A stretch of DNA of 63,572 bases, counting the filler, from Octopus bimaculoides (lineage: Eukaryota): assembly GCF_001194135.2 (NCBI RefSeq). It is 5 parts of 4 records of this genome, joined end to end, with 100 filler letters (N's around TTAATTAATTAA, not from the genome) between each part and the next. Parts side by side here need not be neighbours in the genome. Positions count along the whole stretch, not along the records: positions 49,658 to 63,572 come from NC_068995.1; 4 more parts are not named here. One strand, given 5' to 3'. The notes below the pieces were generated by a model. It was not told where the DNA came from, made no database searches, and worked only from the letters and a program-made list of their open reading frames with translations. Shown here in pieces: positions 50,900-63,572 of this stretch; within the stretch, counting starts at the first letter, position 1, and the number at the start of each line of letters is the position of its first letter. Both the position numbers and the translations under genes were made by a program.

Positions 50900-51905
50900 C
50901 GGTGCAAAGTAGCTGCTGGTGCTAAGGTGGTATATCCTGGTTGTTGGCGGTGAGAGGCCTGACATTTGCCAGAAGGGCGTGACAGTAATACGATAAATTG
51001 TATTTCTTTTCGGTGGATACTGCGGGTTGTTTGAGGATATGCAGTTTTTCGCGGTGGTAGAGCTGGCAGATGGGAGTACCGGGTGAATGTGGTGGCGTTC
51101 TCTCGACAATAGTCTACTTGATGCTGGGTATTTCATCTCGGAGATCTCGGAGTCTCCAGCGAGAAAAGAGACAGGGAAGTAGAGTTTTCTCTATCCCTGG
51201 ATCTGAACGAGTGAATATACTGGGAGTATCTCCTCTTGAAGTCATTAACTGCCCTAGTAATGCTATTGGATGGAGTAGGGCGGCTCTGTATAGTACTGAC
51301 CTTGAGAGCCAAGATCTTTCTAGAGGGTACATGGTGGAGCTTCAGAAGTTGCAGGTTGGGGTTGGAGGTGGTGTGGGGTCATTTTTACCTCTGTTGGTGC
51401 GTGCGATGTTAGATGCGATGTTGTCTAAGCAGGAGCAGCTTACTTTGACATTATGGGGGCTGAAACGTTTGTAATACTTAAGGCCTCTTGTGAAGTTTTT
51501 CTTAACGACAGGAAGCCCCTAGCTATGTTGGTGGAAACTGCTAGGTTGAAAGTAGACTATACCATACAATTCTCCTTCTCCTAACCCTTTTGGGGTGAGC
51601 AGAGGGTGTTTGGGGTTTGTGTACATACGTGAGTTCAGTAAACCCGCTCCTAGCAAAAACGTCGTTGTAGTGGGTGGGGTCAGCCCTATTAAAGATCTCT
51701 GCATCGACCGAGAGATTAGATAGTCTCTTGAGGGTATCCAAGATGTATAACCCGATGAGATCAACGATTTCGACCCCATCAAATCTTCCCATTGATACGT
51801 CGAACAATGGGTCGTCTGCTTTCTTGACCCAAAAGGAATCGTCGTGGGCCAGAATTGACTTTCTGACATCCATGATAATTCTGACGTCAAAGTCACTAAT
51901 GCTGG
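50900..51905 (-). mobile_element. Penelope-like element relic (RT fragment plus C-terminal GIY-YIG region)
   Basis: FDVSMGRFDGVEIVDLIGLYIL, RRRRIVWY, VKVSCSC, FKRRYSQYIHSFR...STSLS, CQL..REKLHI. Internal deletion, stops and frameshifts. Confidence 0.8.
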
Positions 51906-52376
51906 TGTATTGCTCAGAAAAAGTTAAGTACGTACATACTCATACGTACATATGTGTCTTAGTGGTATTTATATGCTTCTATCTAAGGTGCAGCCTTACG
52001 AGATACGTTTTTCTCATAAGGCTGTATATGATGTGGCATCCGTTGGAGGCCAGACGAAATGGCGAAGAGATAAATGCTATCCTAAAGCTGCGACTAAAAT
52101 ATTTTGCCATAATGGAGCGCAGTAAAATAGCTGTCATTTACTGAATCGTTCTTTCCTATAGCTTGACCTTTAAGTAGGATGTTCATTTTGACTAACAATA
52201 GTTACAAAATGACAGCTGTGAACGAATGGTTAATCTTTCTTGATTATTTTCACTTCCCTCGGCCTCTTTCTCACTCATATACATACATTCATTGCACACA
52301 CATTCAAGCACACATTCGCGCACAGACACAGACACACACAAACACGCATAGATGCATGCATACACACATTTCTATG

Positions 52377-52409
<33 letters not shown>

Positions 52410-52650
52410 ATGTGTGTGTGTGCGTATGTGTATGTGTATGCATATGTATATATATATATATANNNNNNNNNNNNNNNNNNNNNNNNNNNNNNNNNNNNNN
52501 NNNNNNNNNNNNNNNNNNNNNNNNNNNNNNNNNNNNNNNNNNNNNNNNNNNNNNNNNNNNNNNNNNNNNNNNNNNNNNNNNNNNNNNNNNNNNNNNNNNN
52601 NNNNNNNNNNNNNNNNNNNNNNNNNNNNNNNNNNNNNNNNNNNNNNNNGA

Positions 52651-53640
52651 TGATGGTGGAGGATATTGAATCTTTATTTCTTTTTCTAAAATACACCACA
52701 AGTGTTCAATAATATTGAGATGTGAGGACTGTGGTGGGCAGATAAGATGTTCAAATTTACTAGAATGTTCTTCGTGCCATTCGGTAACAACTTTAGCTAT
52801 GTGAATTGGTGCATTATCATCCTGAAAGATTGTGTTTCCCTCTGGAAATAGTTACGCAACCATAGGATGACATTGATCTGATAAAATGTTTAAATAGTCT
52901 GGACTATTAATTCTGCCACGAAGAGAAACCATTGGGCCGGCGGATGTCCAAGATATAGCCCCCATTCGGATCATCACAGATGGTCCTCCATGTTTAATGG
53001 TTGGAAGAAGGCAGTCTGGGTCAAATGCTTCCTTTGGCTATCTCCACACGTATACTCGGGCGGTGGTCGGGAATAAGGCAAATGATGACTCGTCCGAGAA
53101 AATAATCTTCTTCCACTGCTCTAGGGACCAATTCTGTAGGTTTTTACTCCACTCTAAACGCTTTGCGATGTTTGTTTTTGAAAGTAGTGGCGTTCTGATT
53201 GCAGCCCTCTCATGAAATCCGGCTTCGTGCAGCTCCCGGCGAACAGTTTTTGTGGAAACTGGGTTCTCGAGATCGTCATTAAATACTGCATTATTTTTGG
53301 AAGCTGTAATTTTGTGATCGTTTCTAACAATTTGTGTAAGAGTCCGACGGTCCCTATGTGAAAGTTTGGGTTTTGTTATGGAGTTTTGTTTCGACGAAGT
53401 TTTCCTCTCTTTCTCAAAGTATGTCCTTACTTTCAAGACAGAACTTCTTGATACACCAAACATTTCGGCTGTTTTCTTCTTTACACTAGCGCCTGCCATA
53501 CGAGAACCAACAATTTCACATCTTTGAAAATCCGATAGATCTGTCATTTCAATGAATTTTAATTACCATTTTCTGATGATATCTTAAAAGAAACAGCAAT
53601 TTTAGCAAAACATATTAAGCAACAAGAGTAATAAATCAAA
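52651..53640 (-). mobile_element. Tc1-family transposase relic with DD36E spacing
   Basis: ORF 53547-53038 has paired-like HTH, VSTKTVRRELH and FSDES. Downstream minus strand reads IFQDDNAPIH...PPQSSHLNIIEHLW, with 36 residues between the second D and E. In-frame stops are present. Confidence 0.9.
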
Positions 53641-53769
53641 ATACATTAAAACTCTTCAATGCAGCACGAAATGTTACTTACCGTTCGTCGGACAATAGCG
53701 AGCCTATTACTCTACTTTTGTTACTTGAGTACTTTTTCTCCACCTTGTTTTGCCTTCATGTGCTTAAAT

Positions 53770-53814
<45 letters not shown>

Positions 53815-54268
53815 GTGCGTGCATTATTATCATTATTATTGTTATTGTTGTTGTTGTTATTATTATTAATGTTATTTAACACAGTTGGATTCGGATCCTT
53901 GGGGCTTCAAGTTTAATAGGCTTTTAGTACAACCCCGGCCTCTTTAGGCTCTGAACACCAAATGAGGACACAAGAGAAGTTGAAATGGTTACTGAAAAAT
54001 GGGCTACTGTTAGTCAAGTCTAGTTGCATCGTGTTGTTAGAAGGGAGATCGCTATTTGAGCAACACCAGATGCATTACAAATCAGAATATCTTGGACCAC
54101 GTGAACGGATATGAAGCTCATGCCGCGCTGGTATCTTGTGGGCCCTTGTGAGGACTTGGAAGCTGACGGATGCAAGGCTAGCAAGTGTGTGTGTATGTAT
54201 GCCAGATGTATAAGTGTGTAGATGTGGGTGTATTATTGATTGCATGAGTGTATATGTATATATGTGTT

Positions 54269-54303
<35 letters not shown>

Positions 54304-55048
54304 NNNNNNNNNNNNNNNNNNNNNNNNNNNNNNNNNNNNNNNNNNNNNNNNNNNNNNNNNNNNNNNNNNNNNNNNNNNNNNNNNNNNNNNNNNNNNNNNN
54401 NNNNNNNNNNNNNNNNNNNNNNNNNNNNNNNNNNNNNNNNNNNNNNNNNNNNNNNNNNNNNNNNNNNNNNNNNNNNNNNNNNNNNNNNNNNNNNNNNNNN
54501 NNNNNNNNNNNNNNNNNNNNNNNNNNNNNNNNNNNNNNNNNNNNNNNNNNNNNNNNNNNNNNNNNNNNNNNNNNNNNNNNNNNNNNNNNNNNNNNNNNNN
54601 NNNNNNNNNNNNNNNNNNNNNNNNNNNNNNNNNNNNNNNNNNNNNNNNNNNNNNNNNNNNNNNNNNNNNNNNNNNNNNNNNNNNNNNNNNNNNNNNNNNN
54701 NNNNNNNNNNNNNNNNNNNNNNNNNNNNNNNNNNNNNNNNNNNNNNNNNNNNNNNNNNNNNNNNNNNNNNNNNNNNNNNNNNNNNNNNNNNNNNNNNNNN
54801 NNNNNNNNNNNNNNNNNNNNNNNNNNNNNNNNNNNNNNNNNNNNNNNNNNNNNNNNNNNNNNNNNNNNNNNNNNNNNNNNNNNNNNNNNNNNNNNNNNNN
54901 NNNNNNNNNNNNNNNNNNNNNNNNNNNNNNNNNNNNNNNNNNNNNNNNNNNNNNNNNNNNNNNNNNNNNNNNNNNNNNNNNNNNNNNNNNNNNNNNNNNN
55001 NNNNNNNNNNNNNNNNNNNNNNNNNNNNNNNNNNNNNNNNNNNNNNNN

Positions 55049-55094
<46 letters not shown>

Positions 55095-55110
55095 GCGCTG
55101 GGGTGGCTTT

Positions 55111-55482
55111 TAGGCGTAGGAGTGGCTGTGTGGTAAGAAACTTGCTCCCAACTAGATGGTTCGGTGTTCAGTTCCACTACGTAGCACCTTGGGCGAGTAT
55201 CTTCTACTATAGCCTCGGGCCCATCAAACTCTTGTGAGCGGATTTGGTGACGAAACCTAAAGAAGCTAGTTGTATATATGCGTGTTTGTGCTTCTGTGTT
55301 TGTCTCCCCACCATCGATTGACAACCGATGCTGGTATGTTCACGTCCCCGTAACTTAGGGATTCGGTAAAAGAGACATATAGAACTAGTACTAGGCTCAC
55401 AAATAAGTCCTGGGTCAATTTGTTCGGGAAAAAAGCCTGGCCACAGTCAAATGACTGAAACAAATAAAAGAATAAAAGAATA
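55111..55482 (+). mobile_element. SINE family B
   Basis: ggcgtaggagtggctgtgtggtaag head through the gtcaaatgactgaaacaaataaaag tail. Confidence 0.85.
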
Positions 55483-55801
55483 TACATATGTATATGTATG
55501 TATATATATATATATATGTGAGTGTGTGTGTGTCTGTGTGTGTGTATGTACGTATGCACGTATGTATACGAGGGTGTACTAAGATGACGCTCCTGGCTTT
55601 GGATAGAAGAATATTGAGGACACTGAGTTAATTATGATTTTAATCAACATACTCCACTCTGAGATTCACACACTTCTTATTCCAGCAATCCTTCATTTTC
55701 TTTTTAAACCCTGCAAACGACCTCTGAAGTTTGGGCCTCCACCCAGACCTTTCGTGAAACCCTTAAGCCCAGGAAATTTACAGCACCATGCACTATACAC
55801 A

Positions 55802-55876
<75 letters not shown>

Positions 55877-58127
55877 NNNNNNNNNNNNNNNNNNNNNNNN
55901 NNNNNNNNNNNNNNNNNNNNNNNNNNNNNNNNNNNNNNNNNNNNNNNNNNNNNNNNNNNNNNNNNNNNNNNNNNNNNNNNNNNNNNNNNNNNNNNNNNNN
56001 NNNNNNNNNNNNNNNNNNNNNNNNNNNNNNNNNNNNNNNNNNNNNNNNNNNNNNNNNNNNNNNNNNNNNNNNNNNNNNNNNNNNNNNNNNNNNNNNNNNN
56101 NNNNNNNNNNNNNNNNNNNNNNNNNNNNNNNNNNNNNNNNNNNNNNNNNNNNNNNNNNNNNNNNNNNNNNNNNNNNNNNNNNNNNNNNNNNNNNNNNNNN
56201 NNNNNNNNNATATATACTAAGAGATAGAATGAGAGTAAGTGAGAGCGAATGAAGATCACGACAAATTGGTGTTGCAATTTAGCGATGCTTCCTGAATTCC
56301 TGGTAAATTTGAATGTATCAGTTTTATAGTGTTTGGACTCTCTACCGTAACCATGGCAAAGCTTCTCTCTGTAAGGATCCGTAATAACTTATCGTTTACT
56401 TACAAAAGAATCAGGATAGAGTATTAACCAGTGCCACAAATAATATTATGTAAGAGTTATTTCTCTCCACCTGGCATTAAACGCATAAACGAAATAAATT
56501 CGGTGTAAACGGGAACCGAAACGGGTTTATGGAATTCGCTCAACCACTCGCTTAACTTATGAGAAACGGTGCCTGTCACACACTTACACTCATTGAAAAT
56601 TAGTCGAAAACACTTTTGTTACTAACATGTTTAGCTACTTAAAACTGCAAGAATGAAGATAACACAGTCGATATTTAGAATTCTCATAAGAATTCACATA
56701 AATTCATAAATGTTCCTTCAACTTTAGAAATCTGATAAGTTTCGATGTACAAAGAGTAGATTGTCTTCCGACTATACAGAAGAAGAAAAAAAGCAAGGTA
56801 TTATTATCTTATAAGTTTCTTTTCTTTTGAATATAAAGAATAAAGAATCACGCTTTCGTAGCATTGATTTAAAATGTTTGTTTATAACGATACTATATAA
56901 ATCTCTCCACTAGGAATTCGATAAGTGCTGTCTAACTTGAGCAGTACTTGTCAATACAATCGAAAATGTCTAGGAATTTTGCTCTGCAGGGGGTATTTTT
57001 AAGGACACAGGACATAGATATCTTTTCCATCAATTTGCCACCTTGACAAATTTCTAAAACTTGTTTGATTTAGTAATAAATCTTCATTTCTCTAGACGGC
57101 CATCCCACTTTCTAGTGACATGGTAACAACTATTTCGTAAGCTGTCTTGTGGACGTAATATCTTCTCGATCGAATAGTATTGGCTTTTTAAAAAGAGATA
57201 ACGTACATTCAAACATAAACAAATGTAAGGAACAAGAATCACGTGCAAAACATTGATAGAAAACATCAGAATAAATGTGTTATATTAATTCTACTGATAA
57301 AACGGAGGATATTACAAAACATTTCAGCTGCAATAATATATAACGTAACTTCTGAAAATAAATACAAACATGTATGCATAGATAACCGTTTCTAATTTAA
57401 GTACAGGGCCAGCAATTGGGTAAGTGTGCGAATTCATCGATTACAATAACCTCAGAACTTGAGTGGTACTTTATTTTATCGATGCCAGAAGGATGAGAGG
57501 AAAAATTGACACCTTTGTGATTTGAACTCACAACGGAAAAATATTACCAAATAATTTGTGAGACGCTCTAACGATTCTGCTAAACCATTATTCTGAAGAA
57601 TGAATTGTTCCATATTTCGGCAATTTTATGCACAGGGATGAAAGATAAATGTGTTTTCGCAGGATTTGAATTCAGGAAGAATGACTCAATTGTTCAGTTC
57701 ACTTGTAATAATTTCCCGGCAATGACCCTTAATTAACTATCTCAGTGGATTTCTGTGTTTTCGGTATTCTTCCCTTTGAATCGTTGAATTAATTTGAATA
57801 TCGTTCTTATTTTCAAACTGCTTGTAGTATTTGTTTCTGGATAGCGACTGCAGTCACTGGTGCAGTAAGAGCGGCGTGAAGGGAAATCGTTTTCTGCTGA
57901 ACATTTATATGTTGTAGGGATATGAATGAGACACAGCAAACTGACAGTCTTTATAGAGGGAGATACACCATCGTCTACTATTTCTTCCAGCTTTCTGCAA
58001 TCTGTGTTCGAATCCTGATAAAGCTACTAAATTTGCTTTTGTCATCTTTTCGAGGTCGATAATGTACCAGCAAACTACTGAAGACAATTCTTCTTCCATT
58101 CTCTTTCTCTTGTTCAACCTCCCCTTT

Positions 58128-58180
<53 letters not shown>

Positions 58181-58674
58181 CCCTCTCTATCCTTTACTCA
58201 TTATAGGATCTTTTCTCTATTACCCTGCTGTAAGAAATGTACCCACAGTGTTTCCTACGAATGAAATGAAAGTGTTTCACTACAGACGAGCAAACAAACC
58301 TGACAAACAAAAACTGGAATTGCCCTTCGATGGCCTTATCATAGTACTACAGCTCATGAGGCAAAGTAGTATGCAATAGTTTAGAGACCGCTGAATTAGG
58401 CTTTGCAGATAACATTCTAAAGAAGCCGGCATACTGCTATGTGCTGCCTCGAAAGAGGAAAGTCACGTGATTGCTTTATTCTTTTCGAATCTAAATGAAT
58501 GTTAACAGTGGACAGACTAAGACTGGAAACTTAGATGACTGGTAACAGTCTGCAAACGCTACATTTAGTTTATAAGGAATTTTGAGAATTTTAGTGTCCA
58601 TGATAGGTGACAAGAGCAAAGCTAGAAACATTAGATTCTACACTTCTCACAACAAAACTCTTAAGAACATTCTT

Positions 58675-58728
58675 GTGAAAAGACAGTCGGCACTTAGTGT
58701 GAAAAGACAGTCGGCACTTAGTGTGAAA
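58675..58728. repeat. 24-bp perfect tandem duplication gtgaaaagacagtcggcacttagt x2.25
   Basis: Directly visible. Confidence 0.9.
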
Positions 58729-58936
58729 TACCTTATCTTATAGTGCCATTATAAATGAGGATACCTTTGCAAATACTAAAAATTATGTTCATTGGTTGAT
58801 GATATTTCTTTTGTGTTGCTTCTCATTTTTCAACTTGTAAGCATCCTATTTCTGATATTCAAATGTTGTTATCGCTAATCTGCAAAGTATTGTTTTAATC
58901 TATCCTTCTGTCTTTTTGTATTAAACTGGAAAGTGT

Positions 58937-59044
<108 letters not shown>

Positions 59045-60051
59045 ACGATCTAACGCGGAAACAGCACATTAAGTATTAATAAAAAGAAGGACGATTCACA
59101 AATAAATCATTACTATACTTTGTTTTCCACGAAGTGGTCCATAATTATTCATATATTGTTGGTTAAGACATATGTTAGTCAAAGAATATGAGACAATATC
59201 TAAGCTGGCAAGATAAACTACTGTTATAAAACATATGTCCTTTTAAACTATGGCCACTGATAGCAAATAATTCATATCTCACTCTATGCATAACAGAGAG
59301 CTTTTTATGGAAATAGCCTTCATCTTCTGAAATGACGCGAACAATTAAAACAAATAGGTTGGAAACCAACATTAATATTCTCAATTTCTATTGCACTGCT
59401 CGTTGTCGGTGTGAACATTCCGATATAAATGGTCGTTAAGACGAAATACTGAGAACCCATTGAACACGTATGAAGGATATTTACTATTTACCAGCTAAGT
59501 TGCTCTTATCAATCAAGTAAGAGGTAGGTTTAATGTCATACGATTTCTATAAATTAGTGTAGTGCATTATTTCTCTGTTGCAATATCCTCAGAGATTAGA
59601 AAGAGTATTAGGACAGATAAGGAGCAATAAATCTTAAGCGGGTCTTTACAGTGACTTCGTGTCAATTGGGATCAAGCATTTTCAATGGATATTCATAATA
59701 CCAAACACAACAATAGTAACTACATTAAGAATGGTTATAAATACACAAACAACCAATAGCTGAAACAAGATGAATAATAACACATTATCATGGAAAAGGG
59801 TCAGATATTAGAATGGATCTGTCTAATGAGAACAACATTCAAGAAGAAATGAATGTAGTTAATGAGAACTATTGTACAGAAATAAATGTATTAAAACAAA
59901 CGGAAAATAGAAACACAGAAAATTGTGAGAGTCAAATACATGTTTACTTGGAGAATATAATTGGAGATATTGAAGAAAAATGTCGGCTGATAAATGCAGT
60001 TATATATGAAAAATTGTAGACAGAATTTGAATGGGGGTGAAAATGAGGCAA

Positions 60052-60156
<105 letters not shown>

Positions 60157-60354
60157 GGGAGAGACATATAGGGAGAGAATGAGAGAGTGAGAGAGTGACG
60201 CAGAAATACCTAAATATGCAGTTAGAAATAGCAAGGCGTAAAGTGCATGAATAAGAAATTTCTTTGAAAAAATAACGTCTGTAAGTAGTAAATAAGACGG
60301 CGGCTAGAGAAATGAACTATTTCCTATTCAATACCTTTTAAATAATAAGTCTCT

Positions 60355-60785
60355 TTTATATTTTATCTTTCGTGTTCAAGTCCTTAAACAACTGCCATCC
60401 TTGGACACTGTCTTGAAGTGTTTAGTGGAACAAATCGATCCCTGTTTTTGTCATATCTATCTTTCTTAGCGAACTGCTAATGTTATGAGGACTTGAGCAA
60501 ACAGCACAAGTTATCAAACACAAAGACATACACACTAACACAAAGGCACACATTCAAAGACAAAGACACACACTAACGCGCGCGCATAAACACACTCACA
60601 TACGCACACATATATGTACGTATGTACATGTCGGGTTTCCATCAGTTTCCGTTTACCATATTCGCTCAAAAGGCATTCATCTGGGCCGGGGATATAACTG
60701 AAGAGCCTTGACTGAAGTGTTGCTCACTAGGGCTGAACTCGAGACCGCTTGGTTGCAATTTGAATTTCTTAACGATACAATCAGC
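60355..60785 (-). mobile_element. Old SINE family B
   Basis: Degenerate tail, internal CA repeat and catcagtttccgtttacc head block. Confidence 0.55.
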
Positions 60786-61276
60786 CTCCCCCTAATTCAT
60801 AGAAATATAAAATCTCGCCTTTTCTGATAACCAGAATTTCTGAGTTACAAAATTGTTAATCACGTTACTAAAGTTGAAATATTTCAGTTTTCGCACATCA
60901 AACATGCTGGCACATTCTATATTACTCTAGTTCGTTGACTTCCTTTGTCTAACACTGCAAGTATATACGAAAACACTCTACAGTAAATGCCGATCCCCAT
61001 AAGGTTAAGGCGTCTGACCCAGCGAGGAAATTTATGTTTATTATGAATATTCTGGAAATAGTATGTAATAAATAGCAACTAATAAATAGCAAATAATAGC
61101 AAATTCTGTAAATAGCAAATAAATATGTTTAGTTTAAGGTACTGTTGTCCTTTCGTGTTTGACTATCTTAAGATTAGTCAGGTAAATGAAACTAAATAGG
61201 TGTTCGGATTGCTAGAATTAACAACACAATTCCCTTCAAATCTTGCCAAACAGCATTAACAATATAAGGACATATT

Positions 61277-61720
61277 AAGGCGGCGAGCTGGCAAAATCGT
61301 TAGCAGGCTGGGCGAAATGCTAAGCGGTATTTCGTCAGTCTTCACGTTCTAAATTCAAGTTCCGTCGAGATCGACTTTGCTTTTCATCAGTTCGGGGCCA
61401 ATAGAATAAGCTCTAATTGAGTACTGGGGTCGATGTAATTGACTTACCCTTTCCGCCGCTATTTACTGTCCTTATGCTAAATTTTGAAATTAATATAAGT
61501 ACACATTTGTCTGTGTAACCTTTAATATAAACAAACGTAAAGCGGCGAGCTGGCAGAATTGTTAGCATGCCGGGCAAAACGCTTAGCGGCATTTTGTCTG
61601 TCCTTACGTTCTGAGTTCAAATTTCGCCATGGTCTACTTTGCCGTAAGCAGAGAAAGAACACAGAGATCGAGGTAATCGACTTAGCACACAATCCTTAAA
61701 TTGCTGGCATTGTGCCAAAC
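61277..61720 (+). mobile_element. Two SINE family A copies
   Basis: ggcggcgagctggca heads at about 61279 and 61542. Confidence 0.82.
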
Positions 61721-62170
61721 TTTAAAGCCAACATACATAGACGTAGTTAAAGAAGTGACCGGAACACTTCGGGGATAAACAACAGTAACAGATATAGAGA
61801 AAACGACATTAACAGAGCAATACATAAGGTAGAACATAAATATTAAGACAATTAACAGTAACAGAATAACGAATAAATTGAGCGATGGTAAGGTGTATGT
61901 AATCTGTTGAGGGAAGAGAGCGGAGCAATGAAGATAGATAGTTAAGTGAGCTTGATTGATTAGTAGACGGTGTAATGAGCTGTATAATGAGTACAGCAAT
62001 AACTTTATTAATGTATTGTTAAGAACATTGCAAAATGGGGTGAGAGAAATATGGGAAGTTGTAACGTTCACACATTTTCCAAAAGCATTAGCAATGCGTC
62101 GGAAGCATGCTTTTAATTCAAATCGTCAGTGAAATTATCATTAGAGTGTGTAAATGTACATATACAATTG

Positions 62171-62258
<88 letters not shown>

Positions 62259-63572
62259 CAGAGAGAAAGAGAAAGAAAGAGGAAAGAAAGGAATATATAT
62301 GCGTGCGCATGCACACTCCGTTTCTATATTTATTTATGTATATACTTACATCTGTACACACTTCTAAACATATGTGTGTGAGTTGTTTGTGTAAACGTAT
62401 GCGTGTACGTACGTATATGTATGCAAATACGAACGTATGTATCAGGAAGCATAGGAGCGAGAGGGAAAAAGTAAGAAAGCGTGTGAGATGAAGTAAGAAA
62501 ACCGAAAGTTAATAAGCTGAGTCAAATAGGTGATTAAAGAAAGAACTATTTAAGAATGTGACCAATGATTCCATTTTCATTCTGGCAAATCTAAAAGCCA
62601 TTACACTACGTTCCACTCAATAGAAATATCCTACTTGTTTAAGATTTGCCAATATTGTTTTAGAGCAAAGAGGCAAATATTTCTTATATTGAAGGAATTC
62701 ATTCAAATGCTATGAAGTGTGTTACGTAAGTTTTCTTTTAAAATAAATTGCCAAGTCTAGTTTACGAAACTTGTTGCTAATAAAGCGAATGATTGATGTA
62801 TATGCAAATGTGTGTGATCTAGAAACAACGTGTGTAGTTCAACGTCATTAAAGTTGACGGAATAGCGAACTGAGTTCGTGTACTGTGCATTTTTGTGGGC
62901 TCATGAACCCCAAATTGTTCATTGGCAGCACACACAAACACCTCAAACCATCTCCACTCCGCACACAAACACTTATACATGCACTCAGATGCATATATGC
63001 TCACAAAAATATTTGTGCTTGCATAAATTTTGCACATAATTTACACTGCCAAAAATATATTTTTTAGGATATAATTACATTTATTGCGCTTATTTTCTTG
63101 CGTCCAGTTCATTGATAAAATTGCCGAAGAAAATTTTCTCGGAGAGGTTTTAATTATTCTCACCAGCCCAAGTTGGTTACTCCTAAGAAAGCGTACTTTC
63201 AGCATTTGTCCATTATTTTTTTTTAATATCTCTGTTTGACACTTGAATAGTACTTATTCTACGCACTGTACAACGCTAATATATTTCTACAAAATGCCAG
63301 TGTGTATTTCTAAGACAAATAGAAAAACCCACAACTAGGAAAGTAGGAAATGATCCGAAACTCCGCTAACATAAAGATGTTCGAAATTTCATAAATGCAT
63401 TTTTAAATTGCAAACTCGAACATGTATTTCCGCAAACATTTATTAAATCTGTAAATTTTCAGAAGGATATGTGGTCACGAATTATGAAGAGCTTTCCCAT
63501 ACACACACGCACGCACACACACACACACACACACACAGACACACACACACACATATATATATATATACACAT

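Noticed and set aside
55565-55795. tacgaggg mariner-like terminus
   Set aside because: No matching right TIR or transposase sequence before the gap.
59813-60019. 68-aa N/E-rich ORF
   Set aside because: Composition is explained by AT/purine bias; no motif or splice support.

Overview
AT-rich, microsatellite-dense animal genomic DNA. The tRNA-derived SINE families and overall repeat landscape point to a coleoid cephalopod, most likely Octopus (inference). Four artificial 100-bp spacers (44 N + TTAATTAATTAA + 44 N) cut the window into five joined segments. The only host gene I can support is absent from the ORF track as a unit. It is five consecutive GT-AG exons of a ketohexokinase (KHK, PfkB family) on the minus strand (48930 to 43225). 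They splice in frame to about 187 codons and all lie in the 6.6-kb segment between two spacers; the start-codon exon and C-terminal exons were not found. The rest is mostly decayed mobile DNA: two tandem R4/Dong-type LINEs, HERO and RTE LINE fragments, a Penelope-like element, a Helitron fragment, DD34D, DD37D and DD36E Tc1/mariner relics, hAT MITEs with 8-bp TSDs, and three modular SINE families. The most interesting non-coding signals are minimal hammerhead-ribozyme motifs with palindromic stem III (dimer type) in Penelope-like repeats, one of them antisense in a KHK intron. Several long inverted repeats could also form dsRNA. Element boundaries are approximate unless TIR/TSD or splice sites are quoted.
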